A DNA stretch of 51,641 nt, from sequence record SRR22947727_1404; one strand, 5' to 3'. Each line of letters begins with the position of its first letter. Within the stretch, counting starts at the first letter, position 1. Below, one piece after another: positions 11,335 to 21,343 of the stretch. A program made the translations under genes and the position numbers. The notes beneath the pieces are model-generated. The model saw only the letters and a program-made list of their open reading frames with translations. It did not search any database and was not told the DNA's origin.

Positions 11335-11960
11335 AAAGCCCCCTCAATTCGCGCAGCCAATCGCAGCGCATGGCTGGCGTCATCGGCCCGCACAGGCATC
11401 ACCCGATCATAGCCCGCGCGCAGCAAAGCGGCCACCTCAGGCCGCATCACCGTGGTGCCATTGTCCAGAACGGCCAGTGGCGAGCGGCTTTGAAACGCCT
11501 CTTGCGACCAAAGAAACATCGCCTGCACCGCCTGCGACAGAGCCAGGCTATCGGCCCCCAATTGTTGCAGGGCCTCATCGACGCGCAGAAAGACAAAACA
11601 GGCCTGAATGGCGCCCTGCTCATCAAAGCGAAAGGCGCGATATTGATTGGCCTGCGCGGCAACGAGCCGATCCACAACACTGTCCAGTTGCGGGATCATC
11701 TGATCGAGATCAGGCACAGCGCGCAATTCTTCCCAATCGGAAAAGAAGAACATCATCAGATTGCTGCCCAACTCCGGATCCAATTCATCGGTAGAATGTC
11801 CAGAAGCGATACACACGGCCTCAATTGCCGATTTCATGATGACCAAAGTCTCGTCCTGCACACCAAAAACCACAGGGCAAATCGGGCGGCCCCATCGGGC
11901 GAAGACATAGCTGCCATCGGTTCGGGTGAACATGCGTTCAATCTCGCTTGCCGTTAACAC
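11331..11960 (-). CDS. Hypothetical protein
   Basis: 209-aa ORF with GTG start and SD, ATGA overlap with ybgC; no recognised motif. Confidence 0.8.
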   Translation of the reverse strand: MLTASEIERMFTRTDGSYVFARWGRPICPVVFGVQDETLVIMKSAIEAVCIASGHSTDELDPELGSNLMMFFFSDWEELRAVPDLDQMIPQLDSVVDRLVAAQANQYRAFRFDEQGAIQACFVFLRVDEALQQLGADSLALSQAVQAMFLWSQEAFQSRSPLAVLDNGTTVMRPEVAALLRAGYDRVMPVRADDASHALRLAARIEGAL

Positions 11961-12046
11961 TGGCCAATCCTTCTATTACCGCAAAACGCGCGCCCCTCGT
12001 AGCGCTCTATCAAGCGTTTGGCTAGGGGCCGCCAAGCGCGGTGCGG

Positions 12047-13096
12047 CTATTCAAACAGCTGCGCCTGCGCGGCAGGCTGCGGCGGCGCCATACCCAGATG
12101 CGTCCAAGCTTTTTGAGCCAGCATACGGCCGCGGGGCGTCCGCTGTATCAAGCCTTTTTGCAACAGATATGGCTCAATCACCTCTTCCAAAGCATCACGA
12201 CTCTCTGACAGGGCGGCAGATAGGGTCTCAATGCCCACCGGGCCACCAATGTAATTCTCCGCAATCAAGCGCAAATAGCGCCGATCTGCGCCATCCAAGC
12301 CTAGATGATCCACACCCAGGCGCGTCAGCGCATGATCGGCGATGGCTTGCGTGATACGCCCATCGCCTTCCACAACTGCGAAATCCAAAACCCGGCGCAG
12401 CAAGCGCCCAGCGATGCGCGGCGTGCCCCGCGCGCGTTTCGCAATTTCCCGCGCGCCCGCATCATCCGCCGGTACGCCCAGCAGTTTGGCATTGCGCGTG
12501 ACAATCTGGTGCAGCTCTCCATCGGTGTAAAATTCCAATCGCGTCGGAATGCCAAAGCGGTCACGCAGGGGGGTCGTGAGCAGACCCAAACGAGTTGTGG
12601 CCCCGACCAGCGTGAAAGGCTGCAACTCAATGCGCACCGTGCGCGCCGCAGGCCCCTCGCCAATGACAAGGTCCAGTTCAAAATCCTCCAATGCCGGATA
12701 AAGAATCTCTTCCACCACAGGATTGAGGCGATGAATTTCATCAATAAATAAGACATCGCGCGCTTCGAGGTTCGTCAAGATCGCGGCCAAATCCCCAGCT
12801 TTGGCCAGAACAGGCCCGCTGGTCATGCGGAAATTCACACCCAATTCACGCGCCATGATTTGCGCCAAAGTGGTTTTACCAAGACCGGGCGGGCCATGAA
12901 AAAGCGCATGGTCCATGGCCTCCCCACGCTGCCTTGCCGATTGAATAAAGACACTCAAATTGGCGCGCGCCGCCTCTTGCCCGATAAACTCGTTAAGACC
13001 CTTGGGCCGTAACGCCTTGTCGCCATCCTCCGCCAGCCGCTCCGGCCGCAGGGTTGGATCCGGCTCGGCTGAGCTATTGTCCCACTCCGCACTCAT
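12047..13096 (-). CDS. ruvB: Holliday junction helicase RuvB
   Basis: [31 protein letters not shown]. Confidence 0.98.
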   Translation of the reverse strand: MSAEWDNSSAEPDPTLRPERLAEDGDKALRPKGLNEFIGQEAARANLSVFIQSARQRGEAMDHALFHGPPGLGKTTLAQIMARELGVNFRMTSGPVLAKAGDLAAILTNLEARDVLFIDEIHRLNPVVEEILYPALEDFELDLVIGEGPAARTVRIELQPFTLVGATTRLGLLTTPLRDRFGIPTRLEFYTDGELHQIVTRNAKLLGVPADDAGAREIAKRARGTPRIAGRLLRRVLDFAVVEGDGRITQAIADHALTRLGVDHLGLDGADRRYLRLIAENYIGGPVGIETLSAALSESRDALEEVIEPYLLQKGLIQRTPRGRMLAQKAWTHLGMAPPQPAAQAQLFE

Positions 13097-13767
13097 GTCT
13101 TAGGCGCCATTTTTTTGAGCGCAGCACGGATCAAGCTTGCAGAATCCGCCCCAGACATTTCACCGCTCAACTGCGCCACCACCGCCGCCGCCTCTCCTGG
13201 TGCATACCCCAGATTGCTCAAAGCCGACAGGGCATCGGCCTGCGCTGAGGGGGTCGCGGCTGGCGCGGGCCTTGTGGGAACGGCGGGACTTGCGCTCTCG
13301 ATCACAGCGGCCTCCTGCACATCATCCGGGTGGATCTGCACCGCCCCATCCATCATAGCCATGACAGTCGGCGCTTTGTCTTTGAGCTCGATCACCACCC
13401 GTTGCGCGGTTTTCGGTCCGACACCCTTTGCCGCCTTCAAAGCTGTCCAGTCTCCCATCGCGATGGATCGGCTCACCCCATCAGGCCCCAAGGCCCCGAG
13501 AATCGCCAATGAGGCCTTCGCCCCAATCCCTTGCACCGACATCAGCAATCGGTGCCATTCCTTCTCAACCAGCGAGGTAAAGCCAAACAATTGCATGAGA
13601 TCTTCGCGCACCAACAAATCCGTGTAGAGCGCAACAGCCTCGCCTGCCGGCGGCAAAACCGCCAGCGTACGGTCGGAGCAATAGACCATATACCCCACCC
13701 CGCGCACATCTAACATCACATGATCGCTGGCTTTATAGTCAACCCGACCTGACAGTTTCCCAATCAT
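13093..13767 (-). CDS. ruvA: Holliday junction branch migration protein RuvA
   Basis: MIGKLSG, GVGY, HhH motifs [21 protein letters not shown] overlap with ruvC. Confidence 0.97.
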   Translation of the reverse strand: MIGKLSGRVDYKASDHVMLDVRGVGYMVYCSDRTLAVLPPAGEAVALYTDLLVREDLMQLFGFTSLVEKEWHRLLMSVQGIGAKASLAILGALGPDGVSRSIAMGDWTALKAAKGVGPKTAQRVVIELKDKAPTVMAMMDGAVQIHPDDVQEAAVIESASPAVPTRPAPAATPSAQADALSALSNLGYAPGEAAAVVAQLSGEMSGADSASLIRAALKKMAPKT

Positions 13768-14270
13768 CCACTCGCCCTTTGCAATGCGGCCTGAAAATGA
13801 CTGCCCGCTTGGATATGATGCGCGTGACAAATGGCAATCGCAAGCGCATCTGTTGCATCAGGCCCGGCCAGTTTCACACCCGGTAGCTGCAAGGACACCA
13901 TATGCTCAACCTGCCGCTTGTCCGCGTGCCCCACGCCCACCACCGCTTTTTTCACCGCATTAGGGGCATATTCTCCAACCTCGAGGCGAAACTTCGCTGG
14001 CACCAGCATGGCAATCCCACGCGCCTGGCCCAATTTCAACGTCCCCGCCCCATCACGGTTCACAAAAGTTTGCTCCACGGCCGCATGACTGGGGGCGTAG
14101 TTCTCAATCACCTCAGACAACCCCTCAAACAGCGCCAGCAAGCGACCGGCCAAGGGTCCAGGCTGCGTTTGGCACTGACCATTGGCCACATGCCGCAGTT
14201 TGCTGCCGTGCACATCCACAAGCCCCCAGCCTGTGGAGCGCAAACCCGGATCAATGCCCAGTACCCGCAT
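13764..14270 (-). CDS. ruvC: Crossover junction endodeoxyribonuclease RuvC
   Basis: [27 protein letters not shown]. Confidence 0.97.
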   Translation of the reverse strand: MRVLGIDPGLRSTGWGLVDVHGSKLRHVANGQCQTQPGPLAGRLLALFEGLSEVIENYAPSHAAVEQTFVNRDGAGTLKLGQARGIAMLVPAKFRLEVGEYAPNAVKKAVVGVGHADKRQVEHMVSLQLPGVKLAGPDATDALAIAICHAHHIQAGSHFQAALQRASG

Positions 14271-14307
14271 GGAAATCCCCTCGTATGGTCGTCTTACAGG
14301 TTAAGTA

Positions 14308-14322
14308 GCACGAAACGCGAAC
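14308..14322 (-). promoter_or_regulatory. Candidate LexA (SOS) box for ruvCAB
   Basis: GTTC-GCGTTTC-GTGC, one mismatch to the alphaproteobacterial GTTC-N7-GTTC; 37 bp upstream of ruvC. Confidence 0.7.
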
Positions 14323-14427
14323 ATCTGAAAAGCAGTCATTTCAGTTGCGGCGCAATTTTCATGTCAAATGAACGTGCGTCATCGTAAAGCTTCCAGAAAA
14401 AACAAACCTCTATACCCCAAGTCAGTC

Positions 14428-14442
14428 ATGCAAGAATTGCAT
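14428..14442. promoter_or_regulatory. Candidate LysR-type operator upstream of the DUF1127 gene
   Basis: Perfect palindrome ATGCAA-GAA-TTGCAT containing T-N11-A. Confidence 0.55.
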
Positions 14443-14546
14443 ATCGGTTATGTTGTTTTTCCCAGTAGCCAAGACCCTACAGCGCGCCTAAATGCCCAGC
14501 ATAAAGACAAATACTCCTGACATCATTTTCGGAAAGGACATCCCAA

Positions 14547-14750
14547 ATGGCATATCTCGAAACATCCCGCAGCGCGGCAATTTCCACATCTCGCACAGTC
14601 ATCGCCAATTTTGCCGCGACAGTCTTCACAGCCTTTGTACGCTGGAACGATGCACGCGTCACCCGTAACGCCTTGTCACAACTGTCATTACGTGAACTCA
14701 ACGATATTGGTTTGGTCCCCGGTGATATCGAGCGCATCGCACGCCGCTAA
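14547..14750 (+). CDS. DUF1127 (YjiS-like) small protein
   Basis: RWNDARVTRNALSQLSLRELNDIGL signature; AAAGGA SD. Confidence 0.92.
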   Translation: MAYLETSRSAAISTSRTVIANFAATVFTAFVRWNDARVTRNALSQLSLRELNDIGLVPGDIERIARR

Positions 14751-14785
14751 GGCACGCCCCGCCATCGGGAAATATAGCCAGCCTT

Positions 14786-14823
14786 AAAGACGTCGCGCTG
14801 ATCTCAGTGCGGCGTTTTCGTTT
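14786..14823 (+). terminator. Terminator after the DUF1127 gene (convergent with prmA)
   Basis: AAGACGTCGCGCTG...CAGTGCGGCGTTTT stem with G-U pairs and a T tail. Confidence 0.65.
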
Positions 14824-14834
14824 GGGACGTCCTG

Positions 14835-15707
14835 CTAGGACAACCGGCGCAGGGTCAAAGCGCTCCACTCACCAAGATCTTCGCGCGTCTCCAAGGCCAA
14901 GCCCTGCCCCTGATAGACCTCAACAATCTCATCGGCTTGCTCAACCAAAAGCCCCGAGAGAATGGCCCGCCCACCAGGCGCCAAATGCGCCGCCATATCA
15001 GGCGCCAGCTCAATCAGCGGACCTTTCAAGATATTGGCAAAAATGAGATCAAATGGCGCGCCGGCCCGCAAGACAGGCGAGTCGAACCCAATGGATTCGA
15101 CGCAAGACACCCGGCCCACCAACCCATTGGCCTTCACATTGGCAAGCGCCACCTCGACGGCCACAGGATCAATATCACTGGCCAGAACATGCGCCGCCCC
15201 CATGCGGGCGGCAGACATCGCCAAAACGGCCGTGCCGCAACCAAGATCCAAAACATTGTCGAACCGCTGCCCATCGTCCAACAGCCGGTCATAAGCGCGC
15301 AAACACCCAAGCGTTGTTCCGTGATGCCCGGTGCCAAAAGCCATGGCCGCTTCGATCAACAGGCCAATGCGTCCCTCAGGCAAAAGCGCAGCATCATGGC
15401 TGCCATACACGAAAAACCGTCCCGCCTCGACGGGCGGCAATTCGCGGCGCACCTTGGCGACCCAATCTTGATCCGGCACTTCGGATACGACAAAGGGCCC
15501 AGCCCCAAAAGCGGCCGATAGCAAAGCCAGATCAATATCATCCGGCGCGTCCAGGAAATATCCCCCCACTTCCCAAATGCCCTTGCCGTCTTCAACCTCA
15601 AACACGCCAACCCCAGTTGGCGCCGGCTCCAGCGCTTCCAGCGCCTCCCCCAGCGCTTCCGCTTGAGATTTGCCGGGTAAAGTGGTCAGGGCGGTATAGG
15701 TTAGCAT
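14835..15707 (-). CDS. prmA: 50S ribosomal protein L11 methyltransferase
   Basis: AMAFGTGHHGTT, LDLGCGTAVLA, ANIL, ILSGLL. Confidence 0.96.
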   Translation of the reverse strand: MLTYTALTTLPGKSQAEALGEALEALEPAPTGVGVFEVEDGKGIWEVGGYFLDAPDDIDLALLSAAFGAGPFVVSEVPDQDWVAKVRRELPPVEAGRFFVYGSHDAALLPEGRIGLLIEAAMAFGTGHHGTTLGCLRAYDRLLDDGQRFDNVLDLGCGTAVLAMSAARMGAAHVLASDIDPVAVEVALANVKANGLVGRVSCVESIGFDSPVLRAGAPFDLIFANILKGPLIELAPDMAAHLAPGGRAILSGLLVEQADEIVEVYQGQGLALETREDLGEWSALTLRRLS

Positions 15708-15837
15708 GGGTCAGCTCCAATGATTTGGTGAGCCCATATCCTGTCTGGCCGGTCATCGCAATTGCTGGCCACCCGCGCCGTTTGCGAAGGGCACGCCCGC
15801 CGCAAACTCAAAGGCAAGGCCGCGGCACGCGGCTCCA

Positions 15838-16491
15838 CTAGGTCACAGCCAATCCGATAGGACAGCTCACCCCAGTTCCCCCTATGCCGCAATAGCCATT
15901 AGGATTTTTCGCCAGATATTGCTGATGATAATCTTCGGCATAGTAAAACTGGGGAGCTGGCAAAATTTCACTGGTAATTGCGCCAAATCCAGCCGCCGCA
16001 AGCTGCTCTGCAAAGACCGCGAGGCTCGCCGCAGCAGCCTGGGCCTGCCCCGCACCATAGGTATAGATGCCAGAGCGATATTGCGTGCCGCGATCATTGC
16101 CCTGGCGCATGCCTTGAGTCGGATCATGACCCTCCCAAAAGACCTTCAGCAAGGCCTCATAAGTCACAATCGCCGGGTCAAATATCACCCGCACCACCTC
16201 ATTATGCCCAGTTTTGCCGGTGCAGACCTCTTCATAAGTCGGATTGGGCGTATAGCCAGCCGCATAGCCCACCATAGTCACCCAGACCCCCTCAATCCTC
16301 CAAAACATCCGTTCCACACCCCAAAAGCATCCCATTCCGAACATCGCCTCCTGCAGCCCCGCATCCAGCGGTCCTTGCAAGGGACGGCCGGTCAGAAAAT
16401 GCGTGGGGGCGGTGGCAATTGGGGTGACACGCCCCGGCAAGGCTTGGTCCCTTTGAACCATCTGTGACTTTTCTTGCGACATAAAAAACAT
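15838..16491 (-). CDS. msrA: Peptide-methionine (S)-S-oxide reductase
   Basis: [28 protein letters not shown]. Confidence 0.97.
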   Translation of the reverse strand: MFFMSQEKSQMVQRDQALPGRVTPIATAPTHFLTGRPLQGPLDAGLQEAMFGMGCFWGVERMFWRIEGVWVTMVGYAAGYTPNPTYEEVCTGKTGHNEVVRVIFDPAIVTYEALLKVFWEGHDPTQGMRQGNDRGTQYRSGIYTYGAGQAQAAAASLAVFAEQLAAAGFGAITSEILPAPQFYYAEDYHQQYLAKNPNGYCGIGGTGVSCPIGLAVT

Positions 16492-16579
16492 CTCTGGCTC
16501 CCCTTAAGCTTTCTTTAAGATATAATGGTGATCGGGCAGATATCCAGCACAGAGGCCGCACTGCGCCAAAACACGCCCG

Positions 16580-17788
16580 TTAACGGCTCAAAATCGTCTC
16601 ATAGCCCGGTTCAGGACGCCTTGGAATTAACAAAGCCAGCCCCAGCGACGTCAGCGCCATGCCCGCGGCCAGTATAAACACCAAACTGGGTGAAAACAGC
16701 CACAGAAGTCCCAGAAACACCGGCAATCCGACTGCCGCGATATGGTTGATGGTAAAGGCCACTGCGGCCGTGGGGGCTATATCGGCAGGATCTGCAATCT
16801 TTTGGAAATAGGTTTTCAGGGCAAAGGCCAGTGAGAAAAACAGGTGATCTACGACAAATAACGCCCCCGCCAGCATCACACCCCAACCAAACATGTAAAT
16901 GCCGCCATAGGTCAAAAACACCAGGGCCAGACCTGCGTATTCAAAAATCAATGTATTGCGTTCCCCATAGCGCGCCACAACGCGGCCAAACACCGGACCA
17001 ATAAACATATTCATCACGAGGTTGATTAAATACAGAGAGGTCAATTCATGCACGTCAAAGCCGAAACGCTCCACCATCATAAAGCCCGCAAACACCATGA
17101 AGATCTGCCGCCGGGCACCGGCCATGAACTGCAGCGCATAATAGAGCCAATAGCGTTTGCGCAGGACCATGGTTTTATGCTGCGGCGTGGGCGATTGGAA
17201 TTGCGGGTAAAGCACCATACAGGCCAAGGCGATGGCCGCGGTTATGCCGCCCGAAATCATATAGGCCGTATTAAAGCTCAACGCGAGCCATTCCCAGGTG
17301 ACGACAATGACGCCAAAAGCCACCAGCGAGGCCGCCGATCCCATAGCCAATAGCCAGCCCAGAACCTGCGGCGCCTGCGCTTTGGAAATCCATTGCAATT
17401 GCAGCGATTGGTTGACCGTTTCATAATAATGAAAGCCAATAGAGGAGAGCAGTGTCAGCGTTAAAATCCCGCCCATTTGCGGAAACCAAGCGGTCACCGC
17501 CGTGGCCACCCCCAAGAGCACCAAGGACAAAAGACCCAAGACCTGCTCGCGCAAAAAAATGATGATGGCAATCACCCCGACCGCAAGAAATCCAGGAATT
17601 TCTCGCACCGAATGCAACAGCCCGATGTCCGCCCCATCAAAATTGGCCACTTCGATCACAAAATTGTTGAGCAAAGCACTCCAAGTAGCAAAGGCGATGG
17701 GCATAGCTGCGGCCATGACAAAGAGCAAAAATATCGGTCGGCGCCAAACTGGCGCGGATTGCGCTTCTTGCAAGGTTACGATCTGCAT
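16580..17788 (-). CDS. MFS transporter
   Basis: About 12 hydrophobic segments, ARYGER loop motif; ATG 17788 with GGGAG. Confidence 0.85.
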   Translation of the reverse strand: MQIVTLQEAQSAPVWRRPIFLLFVMAAAMPIAFATWSALLNNFVIEVANFDGADIGLLHSVREIPGFLAVGVIAIIIFLREQVLGLLSLVLLGVATAVTAWFPQMGGILTLTLLSSIGFHYYETVNQSLQLQWISKAQAPQVLGWLLAMGSAASLVAFGVIVVTWEWLALSFNTAYMISGGITAAIALACMVLYPQFQSPTPQHKTMVLRKRYWLYYALQFMAGARRQIFMVFAGFMMVERFGFDVHELTSLYLINLVMNMFIGPVFGRVVARYGERNTLIFEYAGLALVFLTYGGIYMFGWGVMLAGALFVVDHLFFSLAFALKTYFQKIADPADIAPTAAVAFTINHIAAVGLPVFLGLLWLFSPSLVFILAAGMALTSLGLALLIPRRPEPGYETILSR

Positions 17789-17937
17789 TGACTTACTCCC
17801 AAACACCGCCCCGCGATCTGCAGATTGCGATCCTCTTGCATCACCCCCAGCGGCAAACGGAAACCATCGGGCTGATCTTTACCTCCACCTCACATATTGG
17901 TAATGTAAACTGACCAATTTGCAGTAAAGGCTAGGCT

Positions 17938-19101
17938 ATGCCCGTAATCACAACCATTCAAGACCTCAAAGAGATTTATAAGCGCCGCGTGCCGCGAATG
18001 TTTTATGATTACTGCGAAAGCGGTAGCTGGACCGAGCAGACCTTTGGCGACAATATTTCTGATTTTGCCAAACTGCGCCTACGCCAACGCGTCGCGGTTG
18101 ATATGACCAACCGCAGCACCGCATCCAAAATGATTGGCCAAGACGTCTCCATGCCCGTGGCCCTGGCCCCGGTGGGGATGACCGGCATGCAATGCGCCGA
18201 TGGCGAAATCAAAGCCGCCCGGGCTGCAGCCGCTTTCGGTGTTCCCTATACGCTGTCAACCATGTCAATCTGTTCCATCGAAGATGTCGCCGCGGCCACA
18301 GACGCCCCCTTTTGGTTTCAGCTCTACACTTTGACCGATGAGGACTACTCAGATCGCCTGATCCAAAGGGTGAAAGACGCCAATTGCTCCGCACTCGTGA
18401 TCACTTTGGACCTACAGATCCTAGGACAGCGCCATAAGGATTTGAAAAACGGGCTCTCCGCCCCGCCAAAACTGACCGCCAAGACCATCGCCAATTTGGC
18501 CACAAAATGGAGCTGGGGCCTTGAGATGCTGGGCACAAAGCGCCGTGGCTTCGGAAATATCGTGGGGCATGTCAGCGGCATCTCTGACACCACCTCCCTC
18601 AGCGCCTGGACCGCCGAGCAATTTGACCAAGCGCTCGATTGGAAAAAAGTCGAGGTCTTAATGAAGAAATGGGGCGGTAAGGTGATTTTGAAGGGCATCT
18701 TGGATCCCGAAGACGCAAAAATGGCGGCGAAACTCGGGGTTGATGCGATCATCGTGTCCAATCACGGCGGGCGGCAGCTTGATGGTGCGCTCTCCTCAAT
18801 CCGCATGTTGCCGAAAATCGTCGAGGCGGTGAATGGTAAATGTGAGGTTTGGATGGATGGCGGCATCCGCAGCGGGCAAGATATCCTCAAAGCCAAAGCT
18901 CTTGGCGCGACCGGAACAATGATTGGCCGGTCCTATATCTACGGTCTTGGCGCGATGGGTCAGGCCGGTGTGACAAAAGCGCTGGAAGTGATGCACAAAG
19001 AATTGGACACCACAATGGCGCTCTGCGGACATCGCGACATCAACGATGTGACCCGAGATATTCTCTACATTCCAGAGGATTTTGAGGGGCGTTGGGCCTA
19101 G
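17938..19101 (+). CDS. lldD: FMN-dependent alpha-hydroxy acid dehydrogenase (L-lactate dehydrogenase-like)
   Basis: WFQLY, VSNHGGRQLD, DGGIRSGQD. Confidence 0.85.
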   Translation: MPVITTIQDLKEIYKRRVPRMFYDYCESGSWTEQTFGDNISDFAKLRLRQRVAVDMTNRSTASKMIGQDVSMPVALAPVGMTGMQCADGEIKAARAAAAFGVPYTLSTMSICSIEDVAAATDAPFWFQLYTLTDEDYSDRLIQRVKDANCSALVITLDLQILGQRHKDLKNGLSAPPKLTAKTIANLATKWSWGLEMLGTKRRGFGNIVGHVSGISDTTSLSAWTAEQFDQALDWKKVEVLMKKWGGKVILKGILDPEDAKMAAKLGVDAIIVSNHGGRQLDGALSSIRMLPKIVEAVNGKCEVWMDGGIRSGQDILKAKALGATGTMIGRSYIYGLGAMGQAGVTKALEVMHKELDTTMALCGHRDINDVTRDILYIPEDFEGRWA

Positions 19102-19141
19102 GTCAGCGCCATAGCCGGCCCTGGGGGCTTGCGAAAACGCA

Positions 19142-19179
19142 ACAAAAGAGATGGGGCGCAGAGAAGCACGCCCCATCTC
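19142..19179 (-). terminator. Terminator downstream of the BCCT gene
   Basis: 11-bp stem GAGATGGGGCG/CGCCCCATCTC followed by TTTTGTT on the minus strand. Confidence 0.75.
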
Positions 19180-19190
19180 AGGTTTTAGGA

Positions 19191-21025
19191 TTACTCAGCA
19201 GCCGTGCTAGAGTCCTCTGGTCCCTTGCTGCGTGCGCTGTTACGATAGAGCGCTTTTGTGAGCGAGAGCATCATCAGCCCCATCACCATCGTGAATGGCA
19301 GCGCCCCGATAATCATGGCGCTTTTCAAAGCTTCCATCGGATCGGCGCCCGGATTACTCTTGCCCGCCACCAACAAGGTGCCGATAACGGCAGTTAAGAT
19401 CAGACCCCAGACAATTTTGTGCTTGTTGCCGATGTCTTGATCACCACCCGACATGATGGTGTTCATCACCAAGATGCCTGAGTCCGCCGAAGTCACCAAG
19501 AAGGTCATGATCAAGACGACACACATCACGGTCAAAGCAGACAACATGCCACCGTCAATCATTTGCCCAAGCGTGACGAAAAGTTTGTTGGTGTTTGATG
19601 CCCCAACAATCGCACCATTGGCGCCGCCGGTCAGCTCCATGTCAATGGCCGTGGCTCCGAGGATGGTCATCCAGGCAAAACACACCATCGCAGGCGCAAA
19701 TACGCAGCCCAAGATAAACTCTCGCACCATGCGTCCGCGCGAAATCCGCGCCAAGAACAAACCCACAAAAGGCGAGAAGGCAATCCACCACGCCCAATAG
19801 AAGGTGGTCCAGCCTGCCTGCCAGCCAAATTGACGCCCCTGCTCACCGGCCGCATAGACCGCACTCAAGGTCGCCTCATCTAAAGCGGCGGCCGCGCCCT
19901 CTAGTCCTGATTTAAAGCCATCATAGCTGCCCTAGGCATTGGTAGCACCGCCGATCAACTCTTCGGCCAAAGGTTTGGCCGTCTCCGGAAGTGCCATGGC
20001 AAAGGCATCTGAAGATTGCGGGCCATAGGCTCCAAAGCTGAGCGATACGAAGTGCAAGATATAATCGACAAAGGCCGTTGCGTAGGTCGTCATTGCGAAA
20101 ACAAATGAGCCGAACAGCACAAAGGTGAACAACAAAATCAGCGATAATACCAAATTGAGGTTGGACAGGTATTTCACCCCGCGGCCCACCCCGGACACGG
20201 CTGAGATAATCGACAGACCCATGATGCAGAGCAGGCCCGCAATCAAGCCCACAGTGCCTGGCTTTGGCACGTCGCCGGTCATATCCATCAACCAATTGGC
20301 GCCGGTGATCGCATAGACCCCATCGATAAACTGGCTCACACCAAAGCCGATGGTGACCGATACGCCCAAAATCGTGGCCACAACGCCCAACACATCCACC
20401 AGATGCCCGATAAACCCGTTCACATAGCGGCCCAATAGTGGGGTCAGCGCGGAACGGATGGTCAGGGGCATATCGCGGGTATAGGCGTAATAGGCCAGGC
20501 TCAGGCCGGTGACGACATAGATCGCCCAAGCGTGAAACCCATAATGCAAAAACGTATAGCGATAGGCCGAGGTCAAAGCCTCTTGGCTGTTTGGTGCCAC
20601 CGCCCCGCTGACTGTCTCAGGGTTTGAGCCCCAAAGACCCAAAGGCTCAGCCGTGGCAAAGACCATCAGCCCCACACCCAAGCCTGCGCCAAACATCATG
20701 GAAAACCATGAACAATTTGAAAACTCCGGCGCCTCATCCGCCCGGCCCATCTTGCGCTTGCCAGTTTGCGGCAAAATAGCGACCACGCCAGAAAAAAGGC
20801 AAAAAGCCCCACAATGATGATATAAAATGCGTTGAAGCCTTCCAAAAGCGACCAATTCAGGCTGCTTAAATTGCTATTGGCATTGGCCGGCCAAACCAAG
20901 GCCCAGATCACAAGCGCAACCATAATGCCCTTGCTCAACAGCGCGATTTCAACGCTGTGGCCTTCATAAAAACCGGAAGTGGCCCGTCGGACCTCAACCG
21001 CTGTAAATGGGGGTTTTGTTGACAT
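19191..21025 (-). pseudogene. BCCT-family (betaine/choline/carnitine) transporter, disrupted
   Basis: Three ORF pieces carry BCCT motifs (PEFS..SWFSMMFGAGLGVG, HYGFHAWAIY, WTTFYWAWW, TSADS); 1-nt deletion near 20787 and in-frame TAG at 19932-19934; AGGAGG SD before ATG 21025. Confidence 0.9.
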
Positions 21026-21343
21026 ATCTGTCCTCCTTTTCATTCAATGTGGCGATGCTGCGCAATCAAAACGCTTCAAAATGCGAGCATATGGCTCCGC
21101 TGATCGCCTTATTATTATTCAAATATTGTAGACTTTTGTGTCCGTGCCTCTTCTGTGCAGACATTGCAAAATACATATCGCACCAGATGTCTCACAGGCG
21201 TATAGCCAAATATTTGGAGTGATGTCATGGCTTTGATCCGTTGAAATGTCTGAGTGGAAAATAAACATATACAAAGAACACCGCTTAATACGGCAAAGCC
21301 TGCCAGAGCGTTATTTTTTTCGCAAGCTTTTGTTTGTCATAGT

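Noticed and set aside
14751..14823. Cuckoo/CcsR sRNA array after DUF1127
   Set aside because: No CCTCCTCCC loops and no repeated units
19932..19934. Programmed amber read-through or pyrrolysine in the BCCT gene
   Set aside because: No pyl genes in the window, TAG is one transition from TGG, and an upstream frameshift already breaks the gene
21026..21343. AT-rich gap with short ORFs and a CCAAATATTTGG palindrome
   Set aside because: The ORFs lack SD and motifs; no tRNA or sRNA fold recognised; most likely the BCCT promoter region
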